Assembly (NCBI GenBank): GCA_051362555.1
Contig: CM120640.1
Coordinates: forward strand, 57,948,788 to 58,012,787
Source of the DNA: Lingula anatina
Taxonomy: Eukaryota; Animalia; Brachiopoda
Length of the DNA: 64,000 bases
Direction of reading: 5' to 3'
Made by a program: the position numbers and the translations under genes. The notes beneath the pieces are model-generated. The model did no database searches. It was not told the DNA's origin and saw only the letters and a list, made by a program, of their open reading frames with translations. Shown in pieces: positions 1-13,400 of this stretch. The first letter of the stretch is position 1. The number at the start of each line of letters is the position of its first letter.

Positions 1-613
1 GATAAACAAAACAAGCATAACACACTACATGTGAATTGAATGAGATGCAAAACAAAACAAGCACAGTTGAAAGATTTTGTTTAAAATAGAAAAGCACTAA
101 GTAGTCCACAAAGATCAATTTCTAAACAAGAATTAGAGGATTCTTAATAAATGGTAAGTTTCTTTGGACTTGAATTAAAAAAAGGTTCATGTTTCCACAC
201 ATTTGTGGTTTGTTTTCTGCAGGAAGTAAAACCACATTCTGAGTTTCTTTATCAACTGATAAAGGTTGTCATGAAGAGAAAAAGATGTCAAACCCTAAAC
301 TTTGTAACTAGTTGGTGAAGCACTCAAAAAGTAAAAGTGAAGTTACGTATTAAGTGGTACTACACTGAATGCTGTCAATAATCATCAATGAGCTGCCAGA
401 GATTAATTTTTTAAAGAAAATCCATCATGTCTTTAATCAAATGGAGACAGAAATGATATTTACATAAATAACATAAGAGGTCAAAAAGAAATTATTCAAA
501 TAGGAATTATATGAAAAAATATGATTCATAAATGAAAACAAAATGGGGATGACAGCATTAAGTGTTAAATTAAAGGCAATGGAAAACACAATGATTCTGT
601 AAAATACTCTTAC

Positions 614-3600
614 CTGTTAAATCATTGGCTGCCATCTTCATCTGAGTGTTTTCTGTTTGTAAAGCTCTGTTTTTTTCCAGAAGTAACATCTCTAACGACT
701 TAGGTTTTGCCTGCTCACCACTGCTGGCAGCACTTTCCTCACCCATGTTGGAAAATTCAATTGATTTCAGTATTCTGGAAAAAAATAGATTTTAAACAAA
801 ACTAAGACCCCATTCCCAGAGATTAGATCGATCCAACTAGATCGACCTAACTCCCTGGAGTTTACTCTAAATAGCTGTCAGCCGAGCAGGCACGAAAGTT
901 AATTACCCCCTTACAGCTTGTAGTAGGCGGAACAGACATTTAAGCCGGAATATCTGACAGTAATCTAGTGAGACTCCCCATGGGGATAGATCGATCTAAA
1001 ATCTATGGGAATGTGCCTTAAAACTATGAATTTACTATCATTCCATGTTACACATACTTTTTCACCAGGCAAACATCCCCTATTATTGAATGAAGGCAGA
1101 GCTCCAATTTTTTCTCACTAGTTTTTACCCCAATAGGACATATGATTTATAAATACAATAAAGAAAGAAATGTTACAAGTTCATAAATCATACGTCTGTA
1201 ATTAATTTAATCATTTTTGCTACGTTTGTTTTCATTCTTATGAGTGAATCACTACTTCCTATAAAGAGTCAAATACTTCAATTCATCATAAAGGTATTTG
1301 CTTTAAATTTCATTTTACCCCAATTCTCTCTTGATCTCCTCATAATCCTCTTGAGATTTCATTTTCTCCTCCAAGGTTTTGAAGGCTCTGTTCTTTGCTG
1401 ACAATTCTTCTTCAAGCTTAGCAATCTGAAAATATGTTAATTACTTAATACTTGATCGTTTTCAACAGGTGAGAGAACACTTAATGATGCTTACTAAGTT
1501 GTGGCAAAAAAAAATTAATTAACATTCCAACTTCAATTTATCAAGATAGAAAAATTATCATTTTATATACCTGAGTACTGGTTGAATCTCTCAGTTTGGT
1601 CAAATTATTCTGCAGTCTCTGCACATCTTCCACCAACTGGGAAATCTGGAACCATAACACAACCAGGCTGATATTCAGTTTTTTGGACTAGGGTGGATCA
1701 AGAAAAGTATACTCCTCCCAACACCCTTCCTCCCACTTTTTCACATCTTGAAATACCCTTCAACTTGTAAATGAGTGACTATTTTAATCAAATTTATGAT
1801 GCCTTTTATATAAAATAATTGACACACAGTTATAAAGGTGATATTCTTTGCATATGTAAAAACAGAAAAAACCTTCTTACCTCCTTTTCCTTGGCTGCCA
1901 ATTCAACTTCCAAGCTGGATCTCTTCAATATGTCAATGGCTTGCTCCATGTCAGGTGCCTGCTGCATCTGCTCTGCATGCTGGAGATTTTGGGTGGCAGA
2001 GTCCAACTGCTTTTTAAGCTTCTCTGTCATACGCTCAGCAGCTGCTGCTCTCTGGTGGCAGAATAGAAAACTGAATGGTAACTTATGGCAGATAAATAGG
2101 AAAAAATTTTTTAAATTGTGAAAACACTCAAAACATCATCTTCATAAATAAAATTTATCTCAAAAGCAATGGATTTATTTGTTACTAAACTTGGGTCATT
2201 TGAATTTCAAGCAACCTTTGAAAAGTACATAATATTCAGATCTCACAAACCTCATTAGCTCTTTCTAGATCTGCCATGACCATTTCCGTTTCATCAGATC
2301 TGTAATAAAAAAATGCTAAGTGTCAATTCTAAAGTAAAAAACGTGTCTTGAATCTGATCATTCACAAAATCCTTATCAAAAGGGAAAGACATCTCTTGAC
2401 ATACTAGTGCAAAATTTGTCTTCACAGGCTGAAGAACTTTGTCACCAGGAGTATAAACAAGTCCTTGTTGTGAGTTAGAATTCCAAGTCATTGACAAAAA
2501 AGATCAATACTGAAATCTGATCGATCACTCGTTCATTAAGAAGCGACAGTTACTAAGAGAAGAAGCCTGTAGAGATTCTAAAGAAGCATTTCATGATGCA
2601 CAAAATCTAACAATCCTTCTAGTATCTCACCATTGGTTTTGACAGGGAACTATCCATTAGAACATGATCGATATTTCATAACTCAAGGTGGAGTCAAGCT
2701 GCTGTTGAGTCAATATAAAGCATATATATTGATCACTACAATTGTTGGGGATTCATCCAAAGCTGACAAGGAGATCAATAGAATGATGGCCGATGCATTA
2801 GTCTGATCACCATGAAACTGAATCCAAATTCACAACATGAAAGATAATCACTACCCAAATGACAAATGGTCATATATATCATACTGAGCTGTTATTTCTT
2901 TTTATTTTCCCCATCATTCCTTAGCTTTTTCTTTGTCATTCAATGCATCACTAGATGCATGAATAGCTTTCAGGAACATCCCTTAAAAATGATCATTAAT
3001 TCATCATATCCATACACAGAGATCAATAATGCTAACAGAGGTTCCGTAAAAACCACAGATTCATAAACAAGAGATGCAGACACCTTAGGAGAACACAATG
3101 GTATCAAATATGTCCACCCCTCCAGGCTATCTGGATTAAATGAACCTATAAATCACACCTGGTTTCACAAAGCTGCTGTTTTCTTCAACTGAATGAAAAT
3201 GGCTATTGAACTGAACCCATAACCAATGTTGCCAACTTATTAGTCAACATCACATAGACAGTGATGTTCAACAACCTTTTCAATAAAAAAGCTTCTTTTA
3301 AACTTTTAGAATTTAAAGATGTTAAAGCAATAATGCAATAGTTCATAGATCACCAGTTGCAGTTTTTAAGCAAAAACCTAGCAAGCAAAGTAGATGACAA
3401 GTGAAGTGTGAATGACAAGCACTACACTAATGATCAGGACCAACTGAGAACATGTCTCCATGTTACTAGCAGACACATATATGCAATGATGAATTATTCA
3501 GCACTTGTTTCACTCCACCTCAGCTTGTGCACTAAAAACAAATCACAACCAGATTGATCATTAAAAGGGTCCATTTCTAACAGTTCAGCTTCAAAGCAAA

Positions 3601-6600
3601 AGTTCTAAGAGACAAAAGAATCAAAGTTGATGGAGAAAACAGCCGGTTTCTAGTCAAGCGAGTATTTTTCCAAATCAATATTCTTTACATGGAATGATGT
3701 TCAGGTGTTTGCTTTCTTAGTGCCCAAAAGTCATCAAAATCATTAATTGTCCGAACTTAATAAACTTCTACTCCAAAGCAGAATGGATTTAATAATTCAT
3801 TCAATCTAAACTGAGGGCGTTCAATACAGAGCACAAAGAGGGACTCTAGCTTAAGCCTTGGCTTATTTGTTCTTTTCTCCCCATATTGGAAATCAATAGA
3901 CTCCGTTCAGGCTACCGGTCTTTGATTGATTTTCTTTATTCTTTTTCTGCAGCAGCTGAGATTGCTTGTCCCAAGATTATTGATTACATCGATACTGAAC
4001 CTTTGCTGGGTAAACACAACCAATAATGCTAGATACCCGGGCCCATAGACAACAAACAAGACAGGTGGGCAAAACAAACAATGCCCATGTTTTGTTACTG
4101 CATTATTGATTGACTATTTGACAATTAGTGCCTTTTCTGAAATGCTAAATCACAATCATCTGTTTGCTTTGTTCATGTTCAAACGATGTATGCATTAGTG
4201 CAATCGGTGATTGGAACATAAGCAGCTTGTGTTCTGTACTCTGCATGTTGAATATAGAGAAATGATACAGTTTTCTTCTTTGACCTAAGATTGTAGATTT
4301 CTCCCTGGCGTGAAGTATCACTACAAGAGGTGTTATTTCTCAAGAGTGATCAAAATACTTATGTGTTGGGCTAACATTTCTCTATTAAAATCATTTTTCA
4401 AGTGATGCTTTCTGAGAAGTTAAGAGTGATCAAAACCAGATAAGATACTGATCAAGTTAAGTTGAACTTATGAGATTACTGAATTAGTAGCAGGCTGGGA
4501 AATCCCAGAGAAAAAATGACCCTATTGGTACAGCCAGCTACTAGTATTTTAGAAATCAAATCCAATTAAAAGTCAAACAAAGAACAATAGGGCAATGCTT
4601 TCATGGATTACTAAATTTTTTTTCAAAACCAGAAAATAATGGCATACCACCAAGCCACACAAGTTGCACAATCAAAAGATACATCCAGTGCATAATATGA
4701 TACCAAAGTGAGCTGCAGAGACATTTCGAACTCTACATTTAGGATGTAAATCAGGAATAAAAAAAAATCAATAGTTAACAAGTTTAATATGAATTTAAAA
4801 ATATTTGTATAAAAAAAAACTAAAGAAAATGTAAAAATCTATATAGGTATGCATATCCCTTCATACTTACTTGGCTGTAGTAGTTTCGTCGTACTTGGAC
4901 TTGAGATCAAACAATTCTGACTGGCTGTTGTCCAGAGCTAAAAAATATTATTCATCAAAATATCATCAGATTTAAGTGCATATTTTCAACTGTTCATGCG
5001 ATACCATACATTAATCACAAAATTTAAATTTCACTTAATGCGTTTACTCCACAACCTCTTCAAACTAGAAAAAAAAAATCTATTATAAAAACTTATCAAG
5101 AACATAACTTCAAACTCTTTTCTCCAATCCAAAATAATCTTATGTCATATGAAACAACTCGTCAAAGTTGCCAGATATGCCAGCACACTTATCTCATAAT
5201 CTTACCACTTTGTAAGGTGGATACTTTATGTTCAGCTTCTCCAAGTTTTCTGGCTACATCCATCTGGGTTTCTTGGAGCTGGCGCTCCTTCTCTGCAAAC
5301 AAACGCTGAAGTTCACGTTCTTTCTCCTTTGCTCTAGCCTGTGCTGTACTTTCAACTTTCTCTTCGTGTTCTTTTAACTTTTCTTTCAGCTGCTTGATGG
5401 TAACCTCTGAAAATTTTCAATTTAAAAAATATTAGGATGCATGTCGGTGACATGTACATCAGCAAAGTTTTTTACACAGGTCATTCACACCAAACAAAAC
5501 CATGGTTATTATTTTGAGTCACACTTTGCAAAAATAATAAATTAAAATAGAAAATAAATTACAATAAAACAATTTTGCTAAAATGAACAAGTTTAAGTCT
5601 TTGGTGAAAAATTTAAATACAAACATGAAAGGGAGTTGAGTTTCATGCAGTAAAAATTTCACACTAACCCTGATTTTTTACTTCTGCAAACTCATGGTTG
5701 TACTCATCCAAAGTTTCCCTGAGCTGCTTGTTTTCTATCTCTAGATCCTGGGCCTTATGTGCCCTCTTCTGCAGTAACAGGGCATGCTCAAGTACTTGCA
5801 CTGGATCTAATTTAAGACAAAACATTACAAAATCATTACATTTGCCACAAATATTAAAATGGCAAACACCAAAAGAAATTTGATTAGATGAACAATTCAA
5901 GGAGATAAAGACAGCATGAATTTAAATCACATGAGACAGTAATATCTAAGTTACTTCCCATTTCACATCTTTAGAGTAGGTTATTTTAAAAAGAGACAAA
6001 AAAAAAATTCTAAGTGACCAAATGACAGTAATCAACATCATACAACTGCTTGTCATGCTAACCTGCACAAACGAAAAATTATCATAATTCAACATCTCTG
6101 GATGAAAAAAAAGTGCAGCAATCATCTTTCACCCTACTTTCAAAATTGTGAAAACCAGTACTTGAACACCTTTCACTGTTGTATTCCAAGCAAACAATAA
6201 GTAACTGTGAGTAAGCTAATATTTGACAACAGTTCTGCCCAATTTAGTGTATCTTTAAAACAAAGATATTTGGCTGATGAAAATCATAATTCACTATAGT
6301 AAAACATAAAAGGGTTTGTTTTTGACATCTTTCATCTAAAGAGTTATGGAGTTTTGTTTAAAAATGAACAAGGCATCTTTCTCCTCCATAACGTGAGAAT
6401 TTGGGTGTTTTAAGGTTACAGTGAATAAAAAATTGTATCCCAGCTATGTTTACCTCGAGGGGAAACCTCAAAATCGAACCCAAACCAGTCGTTAAATATT
6501 CTCATAAATCATATTTTTGTCACTATGACTGCTAGGCAAACAAAGGGATTTCAACAGGTCAAAGGTATATGGTTAGTGAAGAAAGGGGGGAAAGCACATA

Positions 6601-9600
6601 AAAAATCCTTTAACTTTTTTAGAATTCATTTGAGGATGCCTCTTCTTTACAGGGCCCATAATAAGTAAATATTAAGCTTTCAATCACCTTCATAAATCAC
6701 TGATTTTCTTCAATTTGTCTTCAAGTTAACAAGATGTAATGTCTATTGTAACAAATTTAGAGAAAAGAATTATACCAACACATCCTACAGACTCGACATC
6801 AGAAGTATCAATCATTAGATTAGCAAAGAATGGATTTTTGCAAATTGCTCAACTCCATTAATTGATTCTCTGGTTCTTTTTTCAGCAGAAAATCAATCAG
6901 AATCATTCCCCTGATGACAGGTCCCTTTGTTCAGAACTCTTTTCCATTGTATGGTTGGCATAAACTAAGATAAACGGGGACATGTTTCTTTACAGCTTTA
7001 AAAAATTGTTACAATACTTATTGATTTGATTTGAAATTCTGCACAGATGTTCGATACACCGTTTGATTTTACATGTTTATCTAACATCAGTCATTGATTA
7101 TCTATTCAATCACATTTGCTGCATGAAAAGAGAACAAAATTGTTGAAAATAACTTTATTTGATAAAATTGATTATTGGCCTGTATTGGTGACCAAACTAT
7201 TATTAGTGATTCAAAAATAAAGCAAATGCCCTGAATCAACAAAAACTAATGATTGATTCTATTTCTGTAAGTTTTATGTATGTAGTAAGATCAATAGGTA
7301 TTGAATATCAATAATTCTGGATCAATACTGCAGTAAATATTATATCAAGTATTCATTATCAAATAATTGGCCACAAATAAAAATTGTCTGCTCCTTTTTT
7401 CAAAAACTTGTATCAAAAAAAAAAAAAAAAAGTAAAATAAATTATTTAATAGGATTGCTCAACTATTTTCTATTATAGGTAATATAAAACTTTCATATAA
7501 GTTGTGCCTAAGGTACCTGGGATATCTATTAGTTTCTTGTAGACTGACAAGAAGGCTGCCTCTGCTGCTTTACTTCTCTTGGACAAGGCATCTATTTCTC
7601 CTTGGAAGCTTTTCAGGAGTGGGGCAACAACTTTGCGAATATCCTTCAAACGTTAAGAGAAAAATATCCTTAGTATACTAGAGAATAATTCATGTTAAAA
7701 CATATCAAACTTGTTTTAAATGAAAAATGATAAAATCAAAACATTAAATAAAAATGAAAAATAAAATTTAATCTGGAGAGGATATTTTGATACTGTCACT
7801 ATGATTAAACACAAGTGTAACAGTTTTACTCTACAGAGACAGGAAAAGCTGGGATATAAATGTTCAAGTCAATTTCCTTTCAATCCCTTGGTGTGAGCAG
7901 TAATCCCATCCAAAAATCTTTTGTTCATCACATTCAAGTACCACTGCCGTATATCATGTGATTGTCATGCTTCCACATTTGAGGTGAACTAAAATTTATG
8001 ACATCCTCTCCAGATACTAGTTGGTTCATCAACATGCAGTTCTTGTGCGATTAAAAATCAGTAAGTAGTATTCACCCAACATCTGACTTAAATCAAAATT
8101 CAAATAGGGACCTTTTTTATGAAGTATAAATGGCATCATGTATGTAGAACACACCACAGGGATGCTTAACTTAAACACGGTTCAATATTCAACTTAAAAA
8201 AACTTTTTAATCACATGGGTGAAGATAACTTTCCACTATAAAACACTAAAATTGTAATGATATCTTAATGTTTTTAAGACGACTATCCCTGAATAAAATC
8301 TATCGCAAAGGACATTAAGGCACACGAAAAAGAACATTAGATCACTAAATTTCCCCAAAAAGCCCATTTGCCAGGGTGTCCCAGTCACCCAGGTGCGACA
8401 AATTCATCACCTGAACGACTTTGATGGAAAAGCATGTCTGAGTCATGCCAAATATTGACCTCATTTTATATTCCAATGAAAACCAAGAATCATTTAATAT
8501 GTAGCAGTTATCATCTATACGTTTCCTTCTTTAACAGTGTCTTCACTAAATTACCCAACATACGTTTACTTCTCATCCCCTCTACTTACTCTGATATCAT
8601 GATCAGATATGTAGTCTTGGCATTTTTGTATTTCACAAACTGGGAAAAAACTTTTCAAAATGATCGAAAATGAATACCTCTGGTGTGTTCTTCTTGAAAT
8701 CTCGACTTTGTTCCACTAGTCTTTTTCTTGATGCGTCACTTTCATCTTGTCGGCTGGCCAAGTCTGTGGCTGAGGTATCTAAATCTTTCTGAAAATAAGA
8801 AAAAAGAAATCAGAAATTCTAGTATCATATCACAGCCCAAAAAAGACCAACATCATACAATTAAGAACATAAGCATTCAATGAGGAACAGATGAAAAATT
8901 TTAAAAAATTCAATAGCTGATTATTAATTAATTTAAATCACACACACTCCTTAATGTATGATTTTGTAAAGCTTTGTCTCTTCTTCTAGACCAATATCTT
9001 TCTACATATTTTTACCTTTCTACATATTTTACCTGAAAATTTACCAATAAATCTATATTTTCCACTTTTTGACAAGCCACTGGTCAGGAGAGTGTTTCCC
9101 AAATGACCATCACTGATCATACTGACCAGAGTTACATCAAACCACTCAAGGTTTGCTAGTCAGCTAGATCTGATAAGTCACACATCAATGCACCAGACAC
9201 ACAGGTGGCGTTTTTCTTTACAAAAATAAATCACCTTTATTTAGCATAATGGCTTCGAGTTATGAGAGACTCACATAATTGAACCTGTAATGATCTAGGG
9301 GCATTCTGTATCACAGTCATCTCGCCTACTTTGTAATTGACTTGGAACTCTGCTTTTAACAAGTCCCCCAAAAATTTCTGATGTAGTCAGTGATAATAGT
9401 TGATTGACTGGTGTATAGCATGCCAATTATCCAAGCAGGGAAAGCTTCATATCACACAAAGGTTACTTTAAGTCTCGTATCTGCTATGTATACCTCTCTT
9501 CTTTACAATAGAATATTATTAATGAATGCCAAAGAGTGCTCTTGAGCAGAGATCAATCAATACAATCCAGGCTAAGCTGTCTCTTATCTCTTTTTATCAG

Positions 9601-10356
9601 AAGGGAAATCAATACAATAGCTTTTTGGCAGATTCAACAGCATGATGATCAGTTCTATGAATTTACATACACAACATAGAATTGGTAGCTTGATACCAAG
9701 TTCTGATAACATACCACTTACAGAGGTGTGTGTTAGTTCTAAACCCACAGTTATCTTAGCAATTGATTGTAAATTCATTCTAGCATAGATTTTGATCTGT
9801 TACATTAATGATACACCCCAAAGGTGAGTCAGATAATATGCAGATGATGTATCTTTCCACAGTGCCAATTTGCATTTTTCTTCATGATTAAGTGAACCTC
9901 AAATCAAGACAATGATAATGTCACACCAGGAAATACCTGTGTTTTGATTTTGTTGTTGTAGTGATAATTTAAAATTCAATGCATGAATGTTACCAGTGAG
10001 AGTGATAAATCGATACTATCCCTATGCCTAGTACAGGCTGGTGCATCATTATGCACTTTCAAAAACACTTTAATGTGCAGAAGAAAAAGAGTTTATTTCA
10101 CTACAACATGCTGATTTATTGGGGCATAACATCTTTAGGAAAAACCCTGCATGACAGGCTGTTTTTATATTCTCACTCACTTTAAGCCCATAGGCATCTC
10201 AGCATTTTACATAAAGTGAAGTCTAAATGTTTCTAATTTCTTAATGTTCTCTAATCAAATTCACTCTTTCCTTCTCTTTTAAAATAAATTGTAATTATGC
10301 CTTTTTTAAAACTTACTTCTATCAAAAATCAATTTCTTTTTTCATTCCATACTAGT

Positions 10357-10412
<56 letters not shown>

Positions 10413-13400
10413 CTTTCAAATGGGAGTGTAAAATAATAAAATCTTGTGGTTATATGGTCAAAAACCCAAATTTTCAAGTTAAAGAGGTTCACTTTACAAA
10501 GGCCATAGAAAAGACAAAATTCAATGTGGAAGAACATCAAACAATTATCTGGGTTGAAAAGACCTATCATTTAGCTCAGACTTATCACAGTCATCATTAG
10601 TCCATGCATGGCTCAGTTATTATGTCCAAAACTGGTTCTCCTATCTGATAGAAAGTCAATGGTCATTAGATAGTTAAGTAACAGGGCCACACTATCATTA
10701 TTTGACTGATACATATTTTATTTCAATTGCTCATTAAGTATGGTGATACATACATTACTTTCTATCAGTGATTACTCTTAAGAAATCTCTTTTGAGTAGC
10801 TGCTGTGTTCTGTTTCACTAAATGATTGTGATGAAGATAGTACATGATCAACATATAGGCTGTCTTTGTACTACACAGATCCATGTAACTGAGATGGTTC
10901 TATATAGAACTAGTGTTCCTCTTGATCATGGAGAAAGATGGGTAGAGGCTTCAGTGAAATTGATAAACATTCCAAATTCTACACACCCCATTGTTCCTCA
11001 TATTACTGGTGGAGTCTACCTTTAAGCCAAACACTTATCTGAAGCCTTTGATCTTCTATGTTGTAAAGGAAACGGGAGGGCTTTGATTGTTGGCAGGATG
11101 TTTAAGACACATTTAATTTCTAATAATTATGCCAAGTTACAGAGAGAAAGTCACATGTGATTAGGTTCTAAAAGTAAAGGTGAACAAGTGACTGAACATG
11201 AAAAAGTATTAACAGAGATGATGTTAAACCATCCACTGTCTAGTCTGAGATAACTTCATAGTGTCAGTTATACACAACAGGCTAGTCAACTTCTTTCACA
11301 GATGAAATAAATTTTGAACAAATAAAAAAAAAATTTAACATTTTCACTTTCTTATATCAAAAGAAAATGCTTGGGGCATGGTTGAAAATTAAATGCAAAG
11401 TATGGATTGGTCCATTCAAAATTATCACAATTGATAAATTTCTTATTTTCAATCAATGCATATCATTTTCCACTGACATTTTCTGCTGACAATTTTTTTT
11501 TTCTTTCTCCAAGTATTGAAAGATTTACATTGGTTTCAGCAAATCTCAAAGATGCCAATAACAGACTGAAACACCATCTATTTGAATATAAAAATCAATG
11601 ACATTAATCAATAATGTACAGAGATAGCATCCTCTTTTTCTGTGCAAAACAAAGCACCAAGATTGATCAGGGAGGATGCTCCTTCTTGCATAGCTACATA
11701 AAATCTTGAATTAGTGTAATTGCAGAAAGAACCCTTTCAATCATAAAACAGATGAAAATCAATGAGTTTTAGTCAGCAAATGGCTTATGCTTTCTATTTC
11801 CATAATTAAAGCTCCTATCATTGATCAATAATTGATTTGAATGTTATTAATATTGCCATCATTTTCCAAAGCTTCAACAACTCTGTCACACTAGGATGCA
11901 TGCATGCAGGCAGATCAAGCTGCTTTCTATTGAATATTGATCCTCGGAGCAACTACAGAGCAAAACTTTCTCAGGTTTTCCACCCAAGTTGCTGACAGGC
12001 TTCAATATCTAGTATGACATGAGCGTGCCTGGTTTTGGTTTTGCAGTAGAAATTTGGGTCAGAGTAAGCTTTGATAATAAATAACTTTTGGAAGACAATC
12101 AAGAGCTCATGTCCTATTACAGACTCAGTCAGAGCTGGCATCAATATAACTCGATAGTGCTCAACTAAATAACTGAATCTAATTGGAATTTCCTCCAGCA
12201 TGCTACACTACACAAATGTCTAAAGGGCGATATCTCACTCTGACAGAGTGCCAGGGTTGGTGCCAGATAGTTCAACCCTATGTGGTGAATCATTCTTTTG
12301 ATCTTACTCAATGTGTTCCTACAGATGAAAAAATCATGTCTTCGAAGGAGAAGACTGAGAAGTTTTTATCTTCCAAAATATCCATCTACAGATTTATGAT
12401 GACAATAATCTGTATCTACCAAGCATCATTTCTCTTGGCATTTGTTTTATGACTTTATTCATTGGCCTTTTGACATCAATCGACAGGACTGGTTTTATCA
12501 GTAATGTCACTGGTGCATGGATCTTTACCTTTCACCAGACTTAATTTATGGTGTTTTCATCCCTATCGAGTGAAAACATCACGGCAATCAGGACTATCTC
12601 AGCGTAACGCTCAGGTGAGCAAGCAGGGAAAGTGGTGACCCGGGTTCACATGATTGCGCACAAACAAACGGGGATGACAGGACCAGGAGATAAATCAACC
12701 AAGCCTCCAAGTCATCCTGATCAATAGCATATTTTTAGAGTTGCACGCCAAGCTCCAGGCTATAATTTTTGAAAGGGACTGAAGATTGATGCACCCACCA
12801 TTGAATAGTGAAAACAATTTAGGCCCTATCTGGAATTTGGTGATAGTCACGAAGAAAACGAGTTTGTCTAGGTTCAGTGTCGGGTGATCAACCAACCGTA
12901 CTGATGATTCTTTCTGTGCCTCACTCATTTTTGTCAAAAGGAATACACATTTAACCCCATTTTCATTTTTTAACTGCTGGCCCCGAACTGATAACAATCC
13001 ATAACATTTCATCAACAACTGTAGGCACCAGACACCAATCATTCCTAGTTATCTCCGGAATCTCCCTGCCTGAAGTATGCAGTTAATGACTTGCTACATG
13101 TATAGAATTCAAACACAACCAATATCGCCATCAACCTATCAATTTTCAATAAATGTTGACTAGTTTCACAGGACAATGGTTAATCATAAGTGGGTCAGGA
13201 CAGGCTGGTACAAGTTACAGTTACGACTTTACAGCCACAAGGAAATTGATAGGGGTGTTGAATGTATTGGTAAAAAGGAAAATACATATGACATGATCTA
13301 AGTGATATGGTAATAAGAGACATGAATGTATATTTCAGGTTTAGCTGACAAATTATGTGGGAGTTTTTCCTTACCACAATGTCCGGAATAAAACTTGTTT

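Noticed and set aside
1819-2121. 100-aa plus-strand ORF
   Set aside because: Antisense shadow of CUX1/CASP exon 1881-2051.
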